This document shows, in pieces, positions 16,483-26,891 of a DNA stretch of 64,000 bases. A model generated the notes under the pieces. It was not told the DNA's origin. It saw only the letters and a program-made list of their open reading frames with translations, and did no database searches. This DNA is from an uncultured Planctomycetales bacterium. Lineage in GTDB: Bacteria > Omnitrophota > Gorgyraeia > Gygaellales > Profunditerraquicolaceae. The stretch lies in contig CAZYCL010000004.1 of NCBI GenBank assembly GCA_964645795.1, positions 21,830 to 85,829 on the forward strand. Reading direction: 5' to 3'. Positions within the stretch are counted from its first letter, which is position 1. Every line of letters starts with the position of its first letter. The position numbers were made by a program, and so were the translations under genes.

Positions 16483-18888
16483 ATGGCTTACGATTTCAAG
16501 AAGATAGAAGAAAAATGGCAGAAGGCCTGGGAAGCCGATAAGGCTTTTCGGGCTAAACCCGATGCGGGGCGCAAAAAATATTACCTGCTGGAGATGTTCC
16601 CCTATCCTTCGGGTAAGATCCATATGGGCCATGTGCGTAACTATACTATCGGAGACGTGGCCGCGCGCTTCAGGTCCATGCAGGGTTACAATGTGCTTCA
16701 CCCCATGGGATTCGACGCATTCGGCCAGCCCGCCGAGAACGCCGCAATAAAAAACAAGACCAAGCCCGACGTCTGGACGCATAAATGCATAAGCCAAATG
16801 CAGAAAGAGCTCAAGCGCATGGGCTTCTCTTATGATTGGGAGAGGGAGGTGTCTACCTGTGACAGCGGGTATTACAGGTGGAACCAGTGGATATTCCTTA
16901 AGATGTATGAGAGGGGGCTGGCTTATCGAAAGGCCTCCGCGGTAAACTGGTGCCCTTCGTGTCAGACGACCCTGGCCAACGAAGAGGTCATCGACGGCGG
17001 TTGCTGGCGATGCCACTCCGGCGTAGAGCAGAAAGAACTCGAGCAGTGGTATCTGAAGATCTCCGAATATAAAGAAAGGCTCCTTGATGACCTGGATAAG
17101 CTTCAGCATTGGCCGGAGAGGGTCAGGGCCATGCAGACTCATTGGATAGGGAAAAGCCAGGGCGTGATAATTTATTTTAGGCTCAAGGACGATAACTCGG
17201 TGATCCCGGTTTTTACTACCCGTGCAGATACCATCTTTGGCGCCACCTATGTGGTGCTTGCCCCGGAACACCCTCTGGTAGCAGGGCTTATCAAGGGCAG
17301 GCCGCAGGAGAGGGAGGTGTTGCGTTTCATCGAAAAAGTTTCCAAGCAGAGCAAGGTAAGCCGCGCTTCTTCATCCGAGCTTGAGAAGGAAGGGGTTTTT
17401 ACCGGCGCCTATGCCGTAAATCCGGTTAACAATGAGGCCATCCCGATATGGGTGGCCGATTACGTGCTTATGGAGTATGGGACGGGCGCTATAATGGCAG
17501 TGCCCACGCACGACCAGCGCGATTTCCTTTTTGCCAGGAGACATAAGCTGGCGATGCGGGTAGTAATAAAGTCACCAGGACACCAGGACACCAGGACACC
17601 GGAAGAAATGGATGAGGCTTATGAGGGGGACGGGATTCAGGTGAACTCCGCTCAGTTTGACGGCCTGCCTAATAATGAGGCCAAAGAGAAGATCTCTCAG
17701 TGGATGGAAAAGAACGCAACCGGAAAGATCCAGGCCCACTGGCGGCTTCGCGACTGGCTGATCTCGCGCCAGCGCTACTGGGGCACGCCCATCCCGGTTA
17801 TCTATTGTGCGTCTTGCGGGGTAGTGCCTGTTGCATATGAGGAGCTCCCGGTAAAATTACCGGCGCAGGCGCCTTTTACCGGCGAAGGAGGAAGCCCCCT
17901 GGGGAAGGTGAAAGAGTTTGTGGAAACCGTCTGCCCCAAGTGCAAAGGGCCTGCACGCCGCGAAACCGATACCATGGCCACCTTCTTTGACTCTTCCTGG
18001 TATTTTCTAAGATTCTGTTCTCCCGGATTCAAGGATGCGCCGTTTGAGCAGAAAGAAGCCTCCTACTGGATGCCGGTCGACCAGTACATCGGCGGTATCG
18101 AGCATGCCATCCTGCACCTTTTGTATTCGCGATTTTTTACCAAATTCTTCAAAGACCTGGGGTTGACGGGGCTTGACGAACCGTTCAGCCGCCTGCTTAC
18201 CCAGGGCATGGTTTTGAAAGACGGCGAAGTCATGTCCAAGTCAAAAGGCAACACCGTGGACCCCGATTCGATTATCGAGAATTATGGCGCCGACACCATG
18301 AGGCTCTTCATATTGTTCGCCGCACCCCCGGAGACCGAGCTGGAATGGGATGACCGCGGCATAGAAGGGGCCTTTAGGTTCCTTAACCGCGTCTGGCGCA
18401 TACAGGAGAACCTGAAAGATAAAGCTGACGAGGGGCTGATAAGATCGTTGCATAAGACCATCAAGAAAGTGACGGAGGATATCGCGGAATTCAAGTTCAA
18501 TACCGCCATCGCCAGCCTTATGGAGCTGACCAACGCGATATACCAGGCGGGAGCAGATAAGAAGGTATTTTGCGATCTTATACTAATGTTGGCCCCGATC
18601 GTCCCGCACTTCAGCCAGGAGCTTTGGCACCTTCAGGGTAACGGCGGAAGCGTATTACAGGCGCCCTGGCCTAAGTATGATGAGAGGCTTTTGGTAGAAG
18701 ATACGGTTACTCTTGTAGTTCAGATAAACGGCAAGCTGCGCGCCAAGTTAGAGCTGGCCGCCGGCTTAAGTCAGGAAAAGATTAAAGAGAGCGTTTTCGC
18801 AGACGATAAGGTAAAACAGTGGTTGGCCGATAAGCCCGTAAAGAATTTTATAGTCGTAGGGGATAAGCTTGTCAATATCGTCGTTTAG
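16483..18888 (+). CDS. leuS: leucyl-tRNA synthetase
   Basis: Class I 'HMGH' motif ([12 protein letters not shown]), 'VMSKSKGN' KMSKS motif and the CP1 editing domain. Full length 801 aa. Confidence 0.95.
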   Translation: MAYDFKKIEEKWQKAWEADKAFRAKPDAGRKKYYLLEMFPYPSGKIHMGHVRNYTIGDVAARFRSMQGYNVLHPMGFDAFGQPAENAAIKNKTKPDVWTHKCISQMQKELKRMGFSYDWEREVSTCDSGYYRWNQWIFLKMYERGLAYRKASAVNWCPSCQTTLANEEVIDGGCWRCHSGVEQKELEQWYLKISEYKERLLDDLDKLQHWPERVRAMQTHWIGKSQGVIIYFRLKDDNSVIPVFTTRADTIFGATYVVLAPEHPLVAGLIKGRPQEREVLRFIEKVSKQSKVSRASSSELEKEGVFTGAYAVNPVNNEAIPIWVADYVLMEYGTGAIMAVPTHDQRDFLFARRHKLAMRVVIKSPGHQDTRTPEEMDEAYEGDGIQVNSAQFDGLPNNEAKEKISQWMEKNATGKIQAHWRLRDWLISRQRYWGTPIPVIYCASCGVVPVAYEELPVKLPAQAPFTGEGGSPLGKVKEFVETVCPKCKGPARRETDTMATFFDSSWYFLRFCSPGFKDAPFEQKEASYWMPVDQYIGGIEHAILHLLYSRFFTKFFKDLGLTGLDEPFSRLLTQGMVLKDGEVMSKSKGNTVDPDSIIENYGADTMRLFILFAAPPETELEWDDRGIEGAFRFLNRVWRIQENLKDKADEGLIRSLHKTIKKVTEDIAEFKFNTAIASLMELTNAIYQAGADKKVFCDLILMLAPIVPHFSQELWHLQGNGGSVLQAPWPKYDERLLVEDTVTLVVQINGKLRAKLELAAGLSQEKIKESVFADDKVKQWLADKPVKNFIVVGDKLVNIVV

Positions 18889-19257
18889 TTACTTCTGGAG
18901 GGCTTCGTGCATCAGATGCAGGAGCCTGGCGTAATCTATCGGTTTTTCCACGTACTCCATTATCCCGCTCTTTAGGGCCACGTGCTTATCGATATCCTCC
19001 TTTTTCAGGGATACCGCGATGATGGGGATGTTCTCGCACATGGGGATGTTTTTTAGCTGCTGGGCGATCTTAAAGCCGCTCTGGTCCGGCAGCACCAGGT
19101 CCAGCAGGATCAGGTCAGGTTTAATGATCCTTAATTTCCTTAAGCCTTCCTGGCCGTTTGCAGCCGAGAGCACTTCGTAATCGCCCTGGTTGAGCAGCTT
19201 CTTGGTTTCCTGGCAGGTGGTCGGATCATCGTCAATGATAAGGATCCTTTTGCCCAT
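18889..19257 (-). CDS. single-domain response regulator (CheY-like receiver)
   Basis: 'ILIIDDDP', 'LILLDLVLPDQSG', 'IPIIAVS', 'KP'. Confidence 0.75.
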   Translation of the reverse strand: MGKRILIIDDDPTTCQETKKLLNQGDYEVLSAANGQEGLRKLRIIKPDLILLDLVLPDQSGFKIAQQLKNIPMCENIPIIAVSLKKEDIDKHVALKSGIMEYVEKPIDYARLLHLMHEALQK

Positions 19258-19302
19258 AGAAATAAGTATACCCGATTAAAGGCTTTTTTTCAAAGCCGAA
19301 GC

Positions 19303-19333
19303 AAAAACGCCTTCCTTGAGGAAGGCGTTTTTT
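19303..19333 (-). terminator. rho-independent terminator downstream of 19351-19707 gene
   Basis: 'aaaaacgccttcc-ttga-ggaaggcgttttt' is a perfect stem flanked by A/T runs. Confidence 0.55.
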
Positions 19334-19350
19334 ACCGCAACTAAACCGGA

Positions 19351-19707
19351 TTACTTGATCAGGCGCAGGTTTATCGGGTACTTATAATCCTGGCCGTTAG
19401 AGGCTTTTATCGCGGCCTGGATGACGCAGATCACATCGGTGACATAAAGGGCGATCCCGCCGATCATGGCGATGGGCAGGCCTATAACGGTAAATCCGAT
19501 GATCATCAGCACTACGCCGTAAATAGTAAGCGAGATCTGGAAGTTCACCGCTTCTTTGCCCTGGGTCTCTATGAGCCCGGATTCGTTCTTTTTGATCAAC
19601 CAGATCGCCGCGGGGATGATCAGGTTCATAAGATACACGGGTATAATGCCTCCGAGATGGCAGAATACCAGCCAATTCCGCGCTTCCTTTTCCTTCATCT
19701 TCTCCAT
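19351..19707 (-). CDS. small membrane protein (DUF4870-like)
   Basis: 118 aa with two or three TM helices. Pattern 'LVFCHLGGI...PAAIWLIKK...FQISLTIYGVVLMII' is typical of DUF4870 proteins. Confidence 0.4.
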   Translation of the reverse strand: MEKMKEKEARNWLVFCHLGGIIPVYLMNLIIPAAIWLIKKNESGLIETQGKEAVNFQISLTIYGVVLMIIGFTVIGLPIAMIGGIALYVTDVICVIQAAIKASNGQDYKYPINLRLIK

Positions 19708-19806
19708 CTGAGCCCTCCTTGTTAACCGTTACAGGCATATTTTATCATCTGGGCGGCTGGCATTCAACTATTTTCGTAAGATTCGCCGGCTTGTTCCGTC
19801 TATTAG

Positions 19807-20154
19807 TTGCGGGAGGAGGATAGCCGGATGGATCTCACCGAGCAGGAGCGCAGGGCTTTATTGTTTATAAGCGTCGTTGTCGCGTCGGGCCTGTTCATAA
19901 GTTTTCTGTCGCGCAAACTCTCCGGCAAAGAGAGTGTATCCGAATTCAACAAAGACGTCTGCAAGATCGACATTAACCGCGCCAGCCCCCAAGAGCTTAC
20001 CAGGATAAAGGGCATAGGAGAGAGGCTCGCCCGCAGGATCGTAGAATACCGACAGGAGAAGGGCGGGATAAGCGATATTGGGCAGCTAAGGCAGATAAAA
20101 GGCCTGCAGGGCGAACGTTTCAAAAAGCTGGAGGATTCGGTTTTCCTGCGATGA
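19807..20154 (+). CDS. comEA: competence protein ComEA (helix-hairpin-helix DNA-binding)
   Basis: N-terminal TM anchor plus C-terminal HhH pair 'IDINRASPQELTRIKGIGERLARRIVEYRQEKGGI'. Confidence 0.7.
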   Translation: MREEDSRMDLTEQERRALLFISVVVASGLFISFLSRKLSGKESVSEFNKDVCKIDINRASPQELTRIKGIGERLARRIVEYRQEKGGISDIGQLRQIKGLQGERFKKLEDSVFLR

Positions 20155-21536
20155 AGAGCGCGCTGGGGTATGTCACTGCGAGTTTTGCCGCCGGGGTTTT
20201 CGCCGCTTCGGCATTGAAGCTGCCCGCGCGCTTTTACTGCGCGCTATTGGCGGCCTTGGCCGCCTTGTTGCCGCTCTTAGTAAAGAGAAGATTGGATTTT
20301 AGGGTGTTGGCGGCTTTCTGGCTTATTCTGGGCGCCGTGCGCCTGCTTGACACTGCGGTGATTGCCAGAAATCATTTTTCCGCGTACCTGGAAGGCAGGG
20401 GTGCGCGTGATTATATCGTTAGAGGACGGGTTCTAGGGAGGGAGTTCATGCCGCGGCAGGGAAATTGTTACAGGCTGCGGGTAAGCCAGATCGGCGATCA
20501 GGAAAAGGCCCGTCTTTGCAGCGGGGAGTTGTTAGCTTGTCTGGGCAGGCCGGAGAGCCTGGAATTTTCCGAGACGATCATCCTTAAAGGGAGATTATCC
20601 GAGCTCGATGGCAAAATGAGGCCGTTTTCCAGACAGGGGCCTACCGGCTATGTATTGGAGGCGGATAAAGCATCCCGCATCGTAAGGGAAACCGGAGCCA
20701 GCGGAGTTAGGGGCCCGGCGGCGCGTTTAAAAAAAAGGCTCTCTGGCATCTTATCCGACAACTTCTCCGGAGTTTGCGCCGGGGTGCTTAAGGCGATGGT
20801 CCTGGGGGACGAAAAGGAGGTGCCCGCGATGCTCTACCGGGCGATGATCCGCTCAGGCACGGTGCATGTGCTGGTAGTAAGCGGGTTTAACGTCGCCTTG
20901 GTGGCGCTGTCAGCCGAGATCTTGTTGAAGGCGCTCAGGTTTAAACGGCGCCTGCGCTGGGTAGCGGTTTTGCCCGTGTTGGTCTTTTACTGTTTTATAA
21001 CCGGGGCGTCCCCTCCGGTGGTACGCGCAACGATCATGGCTACCGCTTTTATTATCTCCTTAATATTAAAGCGGGAGCTGCAGGTATTCAATTCTTTGAG
21101 CCTGGCCGTCTTGGTCATGCTTTTAGCCGACCCGCGCCAGCTCTTTGATATAGGATTTCAGCTTTCCTTCTTAAGCGTGCTGGGGATAGCTTGTGCCGCA
21201 ACCAGGCTCTTGCGTTTGGATTGGCCAGCCTTTTTCACGCGGCCTTTAAGATTCTTCGCGGAGGTGGCGGTAATATCGTTTTGCGCCTGGGCCTTCACTG
21301 CGCCGGCTGTATTTTATCATTTCAGGGCGGTGAGCCTGATCGCGGTCTTTGCCAATATGCTGGTCGTGCCGCTGGCCACCCTGATAACCCTCTGCGGGTT
21401 TGCCTTCCTGTTCTTGCATCTGGCGCATTTAAGCTTTTTTGCCGCACAGTTGGCCTCATGCATAGAAGCAGCGGTATTTATCCTTGCCAGGAGCGTGCTG
21501 CTGCTGGCAAACCTGCCGTTCGCGTATCTTAATTGA
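20151..21536 (+). CDS. comEC: ComEC/Rec2 DNA internalisation channel (competence domain only, no C-terminal metallo-beta-lactamase domain)
   Basis: Polytopic membrane protein with ComEC core 'GTVHVLVVSGFNVALVA'. Translationally coupled to comEA (ATGA overlap). Confidence 0.7.
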   Translation: MKSALGYVTASFAAGVFAASALKLPARFYCALLAALAALLPLLVKRRLDFRVLAAFWLILGAVRLLDTAVIARNHFSAYLEGRGARDYIVRGRVLGREFMPRQGNCYRLRVSQIGDQEKARLCSGELLACLGRPESLEFSETIILKGRLSELDGKMRPFSRQGPTGYVLEADKASRIVRETGASGVRGPAARLKKRLSGILSDNFSGVCAGVLKAMVLGDEKEVPAMLYRAMIRSGTVHVLVVSGFNVALVALSAEILLKALRFKRRLRWVAVLPVLVFYCFITGASPPVVRATIMATAFIISLILKRELQVFNSLSLAVLVMLLADPRQLFDIGFQLSFLSVLGIACAATRLLRLDWPAFFTRPLRFFAEVAVISFCAWAFTAPAVFYHFRAVSLIAVFANMLVVPLATLITLCGFAFLFLHLAHLSFFAAQLASCIEAAVFILARSVLLLANLPFAYLN

Positions 21537-21570
21537 CAAAAGCCCCCATCCATGTTAGAGTTATCCTATT

Positions 21571-22536
21571 ATGAAACGAGCGATCATACTTATAATCATT
21601 TTTATGTGGCTGTCTGCGCCCGCGGCCTATCCTTATTGGATATGGACCCCCAAGACAGGCAAGTGGGTCAATCCCAAGAACAACCCTAAGTCCACCCCTA
21701 AGGAGCAGTTTGACTACGCCAAGGCCCTGCTCGATGCCAAGAAGTACGAAGAGGCCAAGCGGGAGTTCAGGCGGTTGATGAAGTTCTACCCCAAGTCATT
21801 TGAGGCCTCTGAAGGCCAGTACTACCTGGGCTTGATCGAAGAGGCGCAGGATAACCTCTACGAGGCATACCTCGCCTACCAAAAAGTCATCGATAAGTAC
21901 CCTTTTTCCGAAAGGATCCAGCAGATCATAGAGAAGGAGTACAGGATAGCCGAAGCGTTCATGCGCGGCTATAAGCGCAAGGCTATGGGCGTAGTCCTGC
22001 CCGTGGAAAACCCGGCGATAGAGATATTCAGCAAGATCATCGAGAACTCCACTTACGGTCCCCTGGCCCCGAAAGCGCAATACCAGCTGGGCCTGGTTTT
22101 TAAAAGCCTGATGCGCTATTATGAGGCCGAAGAAGCTTTCAGTAAAGTCCTGACCAATTATCCGGATAGCGAGTGGGTGGAGCCGGCGCAATTCCAGATC
22201 GCCGCCTGCCGCCAGGCCCTTTCACGCAGCCCCGAGTATGACCAGGGTGCGACCGAAGAGGCAAAAGACAAATTCGAACAGTTCGTTCGGGATCACCCGG
22301 ATGCGGTACTGTCGGCAGAGGCCGAACAGAACATATCCCAGCTTAAGGAGAAAGAAGCGGAGAGCAATTACAATATCGGGCGTTTCTACGAGAGGCAGAA
22401 CAATATTGAATCAGCCAAAATATACTATAAGGCGGTATTGGAAGGCGCCCCGGAAAGCGCCTGGGCGTCTAAAGCGGTAGCAAGGCTGCGGATGATCGAG
22501 AAGAACAGTCTCAACAAGGCGGAGAAGAGAAAATGA
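21571..22536 (+). CDS. secreted TPR-repeat protein (BamD/YbgF-like)
   Basis: Signal peptide, then repeated TPR-like helices (YAKALLDAKKYEEAKREFRRL...; YQLGLVFKSLMRYYEAEEAF...). Confidence 0.4.
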   Translation: MKRAIILIIIFMWLSAPAAYPYWIWTPKTGKWVNPKNNPKSTPKEQFDYAKALLDAKKYEEAKREFRRLMKFYPKSFEASEGQYYLGLIEEAQDNLYEAYLAYQKVIDKYPFSERIQQIIEKEYRIAEAFMRGYKRKAMGVVLPVENPAIEIFSKIIENSTYGPLAPKAQYQLGLVFKSLMRYYEAEEAFSKVLTNYPDSEWVEPAQFQIAACRQALSRSPEYDQGATEEAKDKFEQFVRDHPDAVLSAEAEQNISQLKEKEAESNYNIGRFYERQNNIESAKIYYKAVLEGAPESAWASKAVARLRMIEKNSLNKAEKRK

Positions 22537-23081
22537 GGCTATTGCGTTGTTGCGTCCTTATGTTGGCGGGCATATCGATTTTGAGTTTGGCCGGCTGCGG
22601 CTATACCAGCCGTTCTGCGATACGCGAGAAATACACAACCATATATGTCGCCGCCTTTGCCAACAAAACCGACATAACCCAGGAGTCCTACACCGCCAGC
22701 AGGCACCGTATCTACCGGCCTACCATCGAGACCGATATTACCCGTGCGGTCATTGACAGGTTCCTTTCCGACGGCAACCTTAAGCTTGTCGGCGAAAGCG
22801 AATCGGACCTTGCTCTTACGGGCGAGGTCGTCGACTACCGCCGCGACCCGCTGCGTTACGACAACAATGACGAGGTGCTGGAGTACAGGATAAACCTTGT
22901 GGTCAACATCCGCCTCTTCGACAAGCTGGGCAATACCCTGCTGTGGGAAGAAAATAATTTTACGGGAGATACTACGTATTTGACCAGAGGCGCCAATTCC
23001 AAGTCCGAAAATACCGCGGTGTCGGACGCCCTTAAAGACCTCGCCCGCCGGATAGTAGAGCGCACCGTAGAGATGTGGTAA
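22533..23081 (+). CDS. lipoprotein, LptE-like (LPS assembly)
   Basis: Lipobox 'LAGCGY' straight after the signal peptide. LptE-like size and N-terminus. Sits directly upstream of a holA-like gene, as in lptE-holA synteny. Confidence 0.4.
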   Translation: MRLLRCCVLMLAGISILSLAGCGYTSRSAIREKYTTIYVAAFANKTDITQESYTASRHRIYRPTIETDITRAVIDRFLSDGNLKLVGESESDLALTGEVVDYRRDPLRYDNNDEVLEYRINLVVNIRLFDKLGNTLLWEENNFTGDTTYLTRGANSKSENTAVSDALKDLARRIVERTVEMW

Positions 23082-23090
23082 ACCGAAGAG

Positions 23091-23747
23091 ATGGTCTATC
23101 TTTTTATCGGTCAAGACAGCCCCGCCAAAGATACTCAGTTCAATAAGATCAAGCAGGATCTCCTTGCCAAAGAGGTCGAGGATTTTAACCTCGATATACT
23201 TTTTGCACGGGATCTCACCCTCAAGAAACTCCAGGAGCGGATCCTCTGTCTTCCCGTAAAAAGCCCCGCCAGGATCGTGCTGATAAGAGAGGCTGAATCG
23301 CTGAAAGAGGAGATCAAGGAGTTCGTTCTCAGGTACGCGGCCAAGCCCCAGAAGAGATTATGCCTGATACTGGACATGCATTCCCCGTTGAAAGAGCGCA
23401 AAGACGGCTTTTTAAACCGCCTCCTGCCTTACGTCAAGATAATGCGTTTTAAGCAAGAGCCGGAGATCGACGCCTTCACCCTTGCCAGGCAAATAGGCTC
23501 AAGGCAGGCGGATTCCGCACTCAGGGTTTTGAGCCGCCTGCTTTCGCAAGGGGAGCGTCCGGAGCGGATATTGGGAGGTTTGAGGTTTGCTTTCGAAAAA
23601 GAGGGCTTCGGCTGGCCGCAGGCACGAAAAAGGCTGAAGCTCCTTCTCGCCTGCGATATCGACATGAAGAGCGGAAGGCTTAAACCGGATTTTGCGCTGG
23701 AAAAACTGGTGGTAAGCTTATGCGGTCTTGGAAAGCCGCAGCATTAA
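23091..23747 (+). CDS. holA: DNA polymerase III delta subunit-like (short HolA)
   Basis: N-terminal 'VYLFIGQD...' and 'IVLIREAESL' align with the HolA clamp-loader delta N-domain. Only 218 aa. Confidence 0.45.
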   Translation: MVYLFIGQDSPAKDTQFNKIKQDLLAKEVEDFNLDILFARDLTLKKLQERILCLPVKSPARIVLIREAESLKEEIKEFVLRYAAKPQKRLCLILDMHSPLKERKDGFLNRLLPYVKIMRFKQEPEIDAFTLARQIGSRQADSALRVLSRLLSQGERPERILGGLRFAFEKEGFGWPQARKRLKLLLACDIDMKSGRLKPDFALEKLVVSLCGLGKPQH

Positions 23748-23981
23748 ACGGGATTTCTTCCTGTCGGCGCTACCCGGATGGATGACCCTTTTCTTCGCTG
23801 CCTTGTCCAGCTGGGAAAAGACCTTTTGGATAAGCGCCCTGGCTTCGGCGGATTTCTTGGCTAAGAGTAGTTCGTTGAATTGCTTCAAGCTTTTCTTCAG
23901 TGCCTTTTTAACTATCAGGTTTCTGACCCTTTTTTTCTTATCGGCACGTGTTTTCTTTACGGAAGTCCTGCGTCTGGGCAT
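23718..23981 (-). CDS. rpsT: 30S ribosomal protein S20
   Basis: 87 aa, highly basic. 'SVKKTRADKKKRVRN...KSAEARALIQKVFSQLDKAAKKRVIHPGSADRKKSRL' matches the S20 pattern. Confidence 0.8.
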   Translation of the reverse strand: MPRRRTSVKKTRADKKKRVRNLIVKKALKKSLKQFNELLLAKKSAEARALIQKVFSQLDKAAKKRVIHPGSADRKKSRLMLRLSKTA

Positions 23982-24050
23982 ATTCGTTCTCCTTGAGCGA
24001 CAATACCCACAGCGTCTGTGCGGGTTGAATTAACCTTATAGCATAATTCG

Positions 24051-25622
24051 TTGCCCATGTCAACAAACAAATCCATTTTCAAATCCGCCGTATTCATAGG
24101 CCTGGCAACCCTGTGCTCGCGCGTCTTAGGATTTTGCCGAGACCTGGTCATCGCCAGGATATTCGGAGTTTACCTCTACGCCCAGGCTTTCGTGGTAGCC
24201 TTCAAGATCCCGAATCTCTTCCGTGATTTTGTGGCGGAAGGCGCCACTAATTCCGCCCTCGTCCCGGTCTTCAGCCAGTACAACCAAAGGCAGAGTAAAG
24301 AGGAGTTCTGGGAGCTGGCCAATGTAGTGCTTAATCTGCTTCTGGTGATCGTAAGCGCCATAGTCCTTTTGGGGGTGGTGTTGGCGCCGCTGGTTATTCG
24401 TCTGGTAGCTCCGGGTTTTGCCAATGACCCCGCCAAGTTTGAAGCCACCGTAAGGCTCACAAGGCTGGTTTTCCCTTATTTGCTGCTGGTAAGCCTGTCT
24501 GCTTACTGCATGGGCATCTTAAACTCCCTGAAAGATTTTGTTGTATCCGCCTTTGCCCCCTGTTTTTTGAATATCGCGATAATCATCTGCGCGATGCTCT
24601 GGGGAGAGGGTATAAAAGGATTGGCCTTCGGCGTTCTTTTGGGCGGAGCGCTGCAGCTGCTTGTTCAGATCCCGAAGCTGAGATCAAAGGGCATGCGGCT
24701 TAAGCTGTTGCGGCGCTTCAGGCACCCTGCGGCAAGCGAAATCTGGGTCCTGATGGCCCCCCGATTGCTTAGCTCCGGAATATACCAGGTCAATAATTTC
24801 GTGGATACGATGTTCGCATCCCTGGGGTTCATCGTGGGTGACGCAGCGGTGGCTGTCCTGTATTTTTCCTACAGGCTCGTGCAGTTCCCTCTGGGCATAT
24901 TCAGTACCGCCCTTTCCCAGGCACTATTGCCGACTCTTTCGGCCCAGGCGCTTGAGCAGGACGACTATCTTCAACTTAAGGATACCTTTTGCTGGGGCCT
25001 GCGCATGACTTTCTTTATGCTTGTGCCGGCTACCGTAGGGCTGTTGACCCTGTCCGGGCCGATAGTCAGCTTCCTCTTTGAGGGGGGCAGATTCGACTCC
25101 CAGGCATCACGCCTTACCGCGCAGGCGCTGTTTTTCTATAGCCTGGGGTTAAGTGCCTTCGGCGCCACCAAAATCCTGCAGTCATGTTTTTTTGCCTTAA
25201 AGGACACGGCAACTCCTGCCAAGGCCGCTTTCCTGGGCTTGATAGTAAATATAATCCTTAATGCGCTTTTGATGTTTCCACTAAAGGCGGCGGGGTTGGC
25301 CCTGGCAACGTCTTTATCCGGCATATTCACCTTTTCGGCGCTTTTTATGTGGCTTAAGAAAAAGCTGCCGGGCTTTAAGAGCGACGAGATTGTCCGGTCG
25401 TTTTTAAGGATACTGATCTCTGCGGTCCTTATGGGGTTGGTGTGCGTGGGTGCGGCAGCCCTACTGCCCTGCACAGACAGCTACCTGCTGCGGCTGGCGA
25501 GCCTCTTCTTCTTGTTGTGCGCGGCGGTTTTATCCTATATTTTGTTCTGTTTTTTGTTAAGGGTGCGTGAAATAAGAGAGATCCGCCGATGGGCCAGCCA
25601 GAGATTATGGCAAAGACAGTGA
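24051..25622 (+). CDS. murJ: lipid II flippase MurJ (MviN)
   Basis: N-terminal 'FKSAVFIGLATLCSRVLGFCRDLVIARIFG' is the MurJ signature. 14-TM MOP-superfamily architecture. Confidence 0.85.
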   Translation: MPMSTNKSIFKSAVFIGLATLCSRVLGFCRDLVIARIFGVYLYAQAFVVAFKIPNLFRDFVAEGATNSALVPVFSQYNQRQSKEEFWELANVVLNLLLVIVSAIVLLGVVLAPLVIRLVAPGFANDPAKFEATVRLTRLVFPYLLLVSLSAYCMGILNSLKDFVVSAFAPCFLNIAIIICAMLWGEGIKGLAFGVLLGGALQLLVQIPKLRSKGMRLKLLRRFRHPAASEIWVLMAPRLLSSGIYQVNNFVDTMFASLGFIVGDAAVAVLYFSYRLVQFPLGIFSTALSQALLPTLSAQALEQDDYLQLKDTFCWGLRMTFFMLVPATVGLLTLSGPIVSFLFEGGRFDSQASRLTAQALFFYSLGLSAFGATKILQSCFFALKDTATPAKAAFLGLIVNIILNALLMFPLKAAGLALATSLSGIFTFSALFMWLKKKLPGFKSDEIVRSFLRILISAVLMGLVCVGAAALLPCTDSYLLRLASLFFLLCAAVLSYILFCFLLRVREIREIRRWASQRLWQRQ

Positions 25623-25646
25623 TGTCCTAGCAAAGCCTGCCGTCCG

Positions 25647-26891
25647 ATGGATGAAAAAGCGAAGAATGCCGTAGGGCAGTTCCCCGATTCTCCCGGTGTC
25701 TACATCTTCAGGGATGCCTCGGGCAGGATAATCTATATCGGTAAGGCCGCCTCCCTTAAGAAAAGGGCGCAGTCTTATTTTTCCCGGGGCCTGTCTTCGA
25801 AAACCCGGGCTATGGTCTCCAGGATATCCTCTGTCCAATACAAGGCGACGCCTTCCGAAAGCCAGGCCGAGATCCTTGAGGCCGAACTTATAAAACGACA
25901 TCGTCCCCAGTACAACACAAGCCTTAAAGACGACAAGTCGTTCCCCTATATCCAGATCACCAAAGAGGATTTTCCCCGGATAATCGTGTCCAGGAGAAGG
26001 AAAAAGGGTAATGATGATCCGGATATTTATTTAGGCCCCTATACGGACGCGCTGCATCTGCGCCAGGCGGTAAAAGCGATCCGCAGGATATTCGGTTTTC
26101 GTTCATGCAAAAAGATGCCTTCGAGGCGCTGTCTTTACGGACGTCTGGGCTTGTGTCCGGCTCCCTGCGTCGGCAATATCTCAAAAGACAGCTATGCTCA
26201 GATAATCGCCAACGTAATCCTTCTGCTCGAAGGCAAGACCGAAAATCTTATCGGCGAGCTTCTCAGGCAGATGCGCCAAAGCTCCGGGCAGATGCGCTAT
26301 GAGGAGGCGGCGCGGCTCAGGGACCAGGTAAATGCCCTTACGGCAGTCACAAGAGAGGGGCGGGGAGGGTTGTTGGCAGACGGGCTTGAAGGGCTTAAGA
26401 GGCTTGCCGGCATGGGCAGATCTCCGGACAGGATAGAGGGTTTTGATATCTCCGATATCGGCGGCCAAGAGGCTTGCGGGGCGATGGTTAGCTTTTATAA
26501 AGGCCGTCCGGATAAGGATAATTACCGCAGGTTCCGCATCAAGGCCGTTAAGGGTATAGACGATTACGGGATGCTGGCGGAGGTGGTTAGCAGGAGGTAC
26601 TCCAGGCGCATAAAGGAAGGCCTGCCTTTGCCGGACATGATCCTGATTGACGGAGGTAGCGGGCATCTGGCGGTCGCCAGAAAAGAATTAAAGGGGCTGG
26701 GCCTGGATATCGCGCTTGTAGGGATTGCCAAAGAACAGGAGAATATTTACGTCGGTTCAAGGCGTAAGCCGGTGAGGCTTAGCAGCGAATCTCCCGTGCT
26801 TAATCTGATCAGGCGCATAAGGGACGAGGCGCACAGGTTTGCGCAAAGCTATCATCATGTTTTGAGGAGAAAGAAGATAATCGGCAGATGA
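25647..26891 (+). CDS. uvrC: excinuclease ABC subunit C-like (GIY-YIG + UVR + RNase-H-like endonuclease domains; C-terminal HhH missing)
   Basis: GIY-YIG motif 'GVYIFRDASGRIIYIGKAASLKKR', Cys-rich 'CKKMPSRRCLYGRLGLCPAPC', UVR motif 'YEEAARLRDQVNAL' and endonuclease 'IEGFDISDIGG...LIDGGSGHL'. 414 aa, against about 600 aa for canonical UvrC. Confidence 0.6.
   Translation: MDEKAKNAVGQFPDSPGVYIFRDASGRIIYIGKAASLKKRAQSYFSRGLSSKTRAMVSRISSVQYKATPSESQAEILEAELIKRHRPQYNTSLKDDKSFPYIQITKEDFPRIIVSRRRKKGNDDPDIYLGPYTDALHLRQAVKAIRRIFGFRSCKKMPSRRCLYGRLGLCPAPCVGNISKDSYAQIIANVILLLEGKTENLIGELLRQMRQSSGQMRYEEAARLRDQVNALTAVTREGRGGLLADGLEGLKRLAGMGRSPDRIEGFDISDIGGQEACGAMVSFYKGRPDKDNYRRFRIKAVKGIDDYGMLAEVVSRRYSRRIKEGLPLPDMILIDGGSGHLAVARKELKGLGLDIALVGIAKEQENIYVGSRRKPVRLSSESPVLNLIRRIRDEAHRFAQSYHHVLRRKKIIGR

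Noticed and set aside
16189-17271. 360-aa minus-strand ORF inside leuS/nfo
   Set aside because: Antisense of an unmistakable LeuS (HMGH/KMSKS motifs present on + strand). The product is low-complexity. Spurious.
17573-17600. 3.5 tandem copies of the 8-bp unit 'caccagga' inside leuS (encodes [10 protein letters not shown]), considered as a slipped-strand phase-variation tract
   Set aside because: leuS is essential. Three full units (24 bp) keep the frame. The tract lies in a variable surface insertion of the synthetase, so it is most likely a neutral low-complexity insertion. It is noted only because single-unit slippage would be frame-disrupting.
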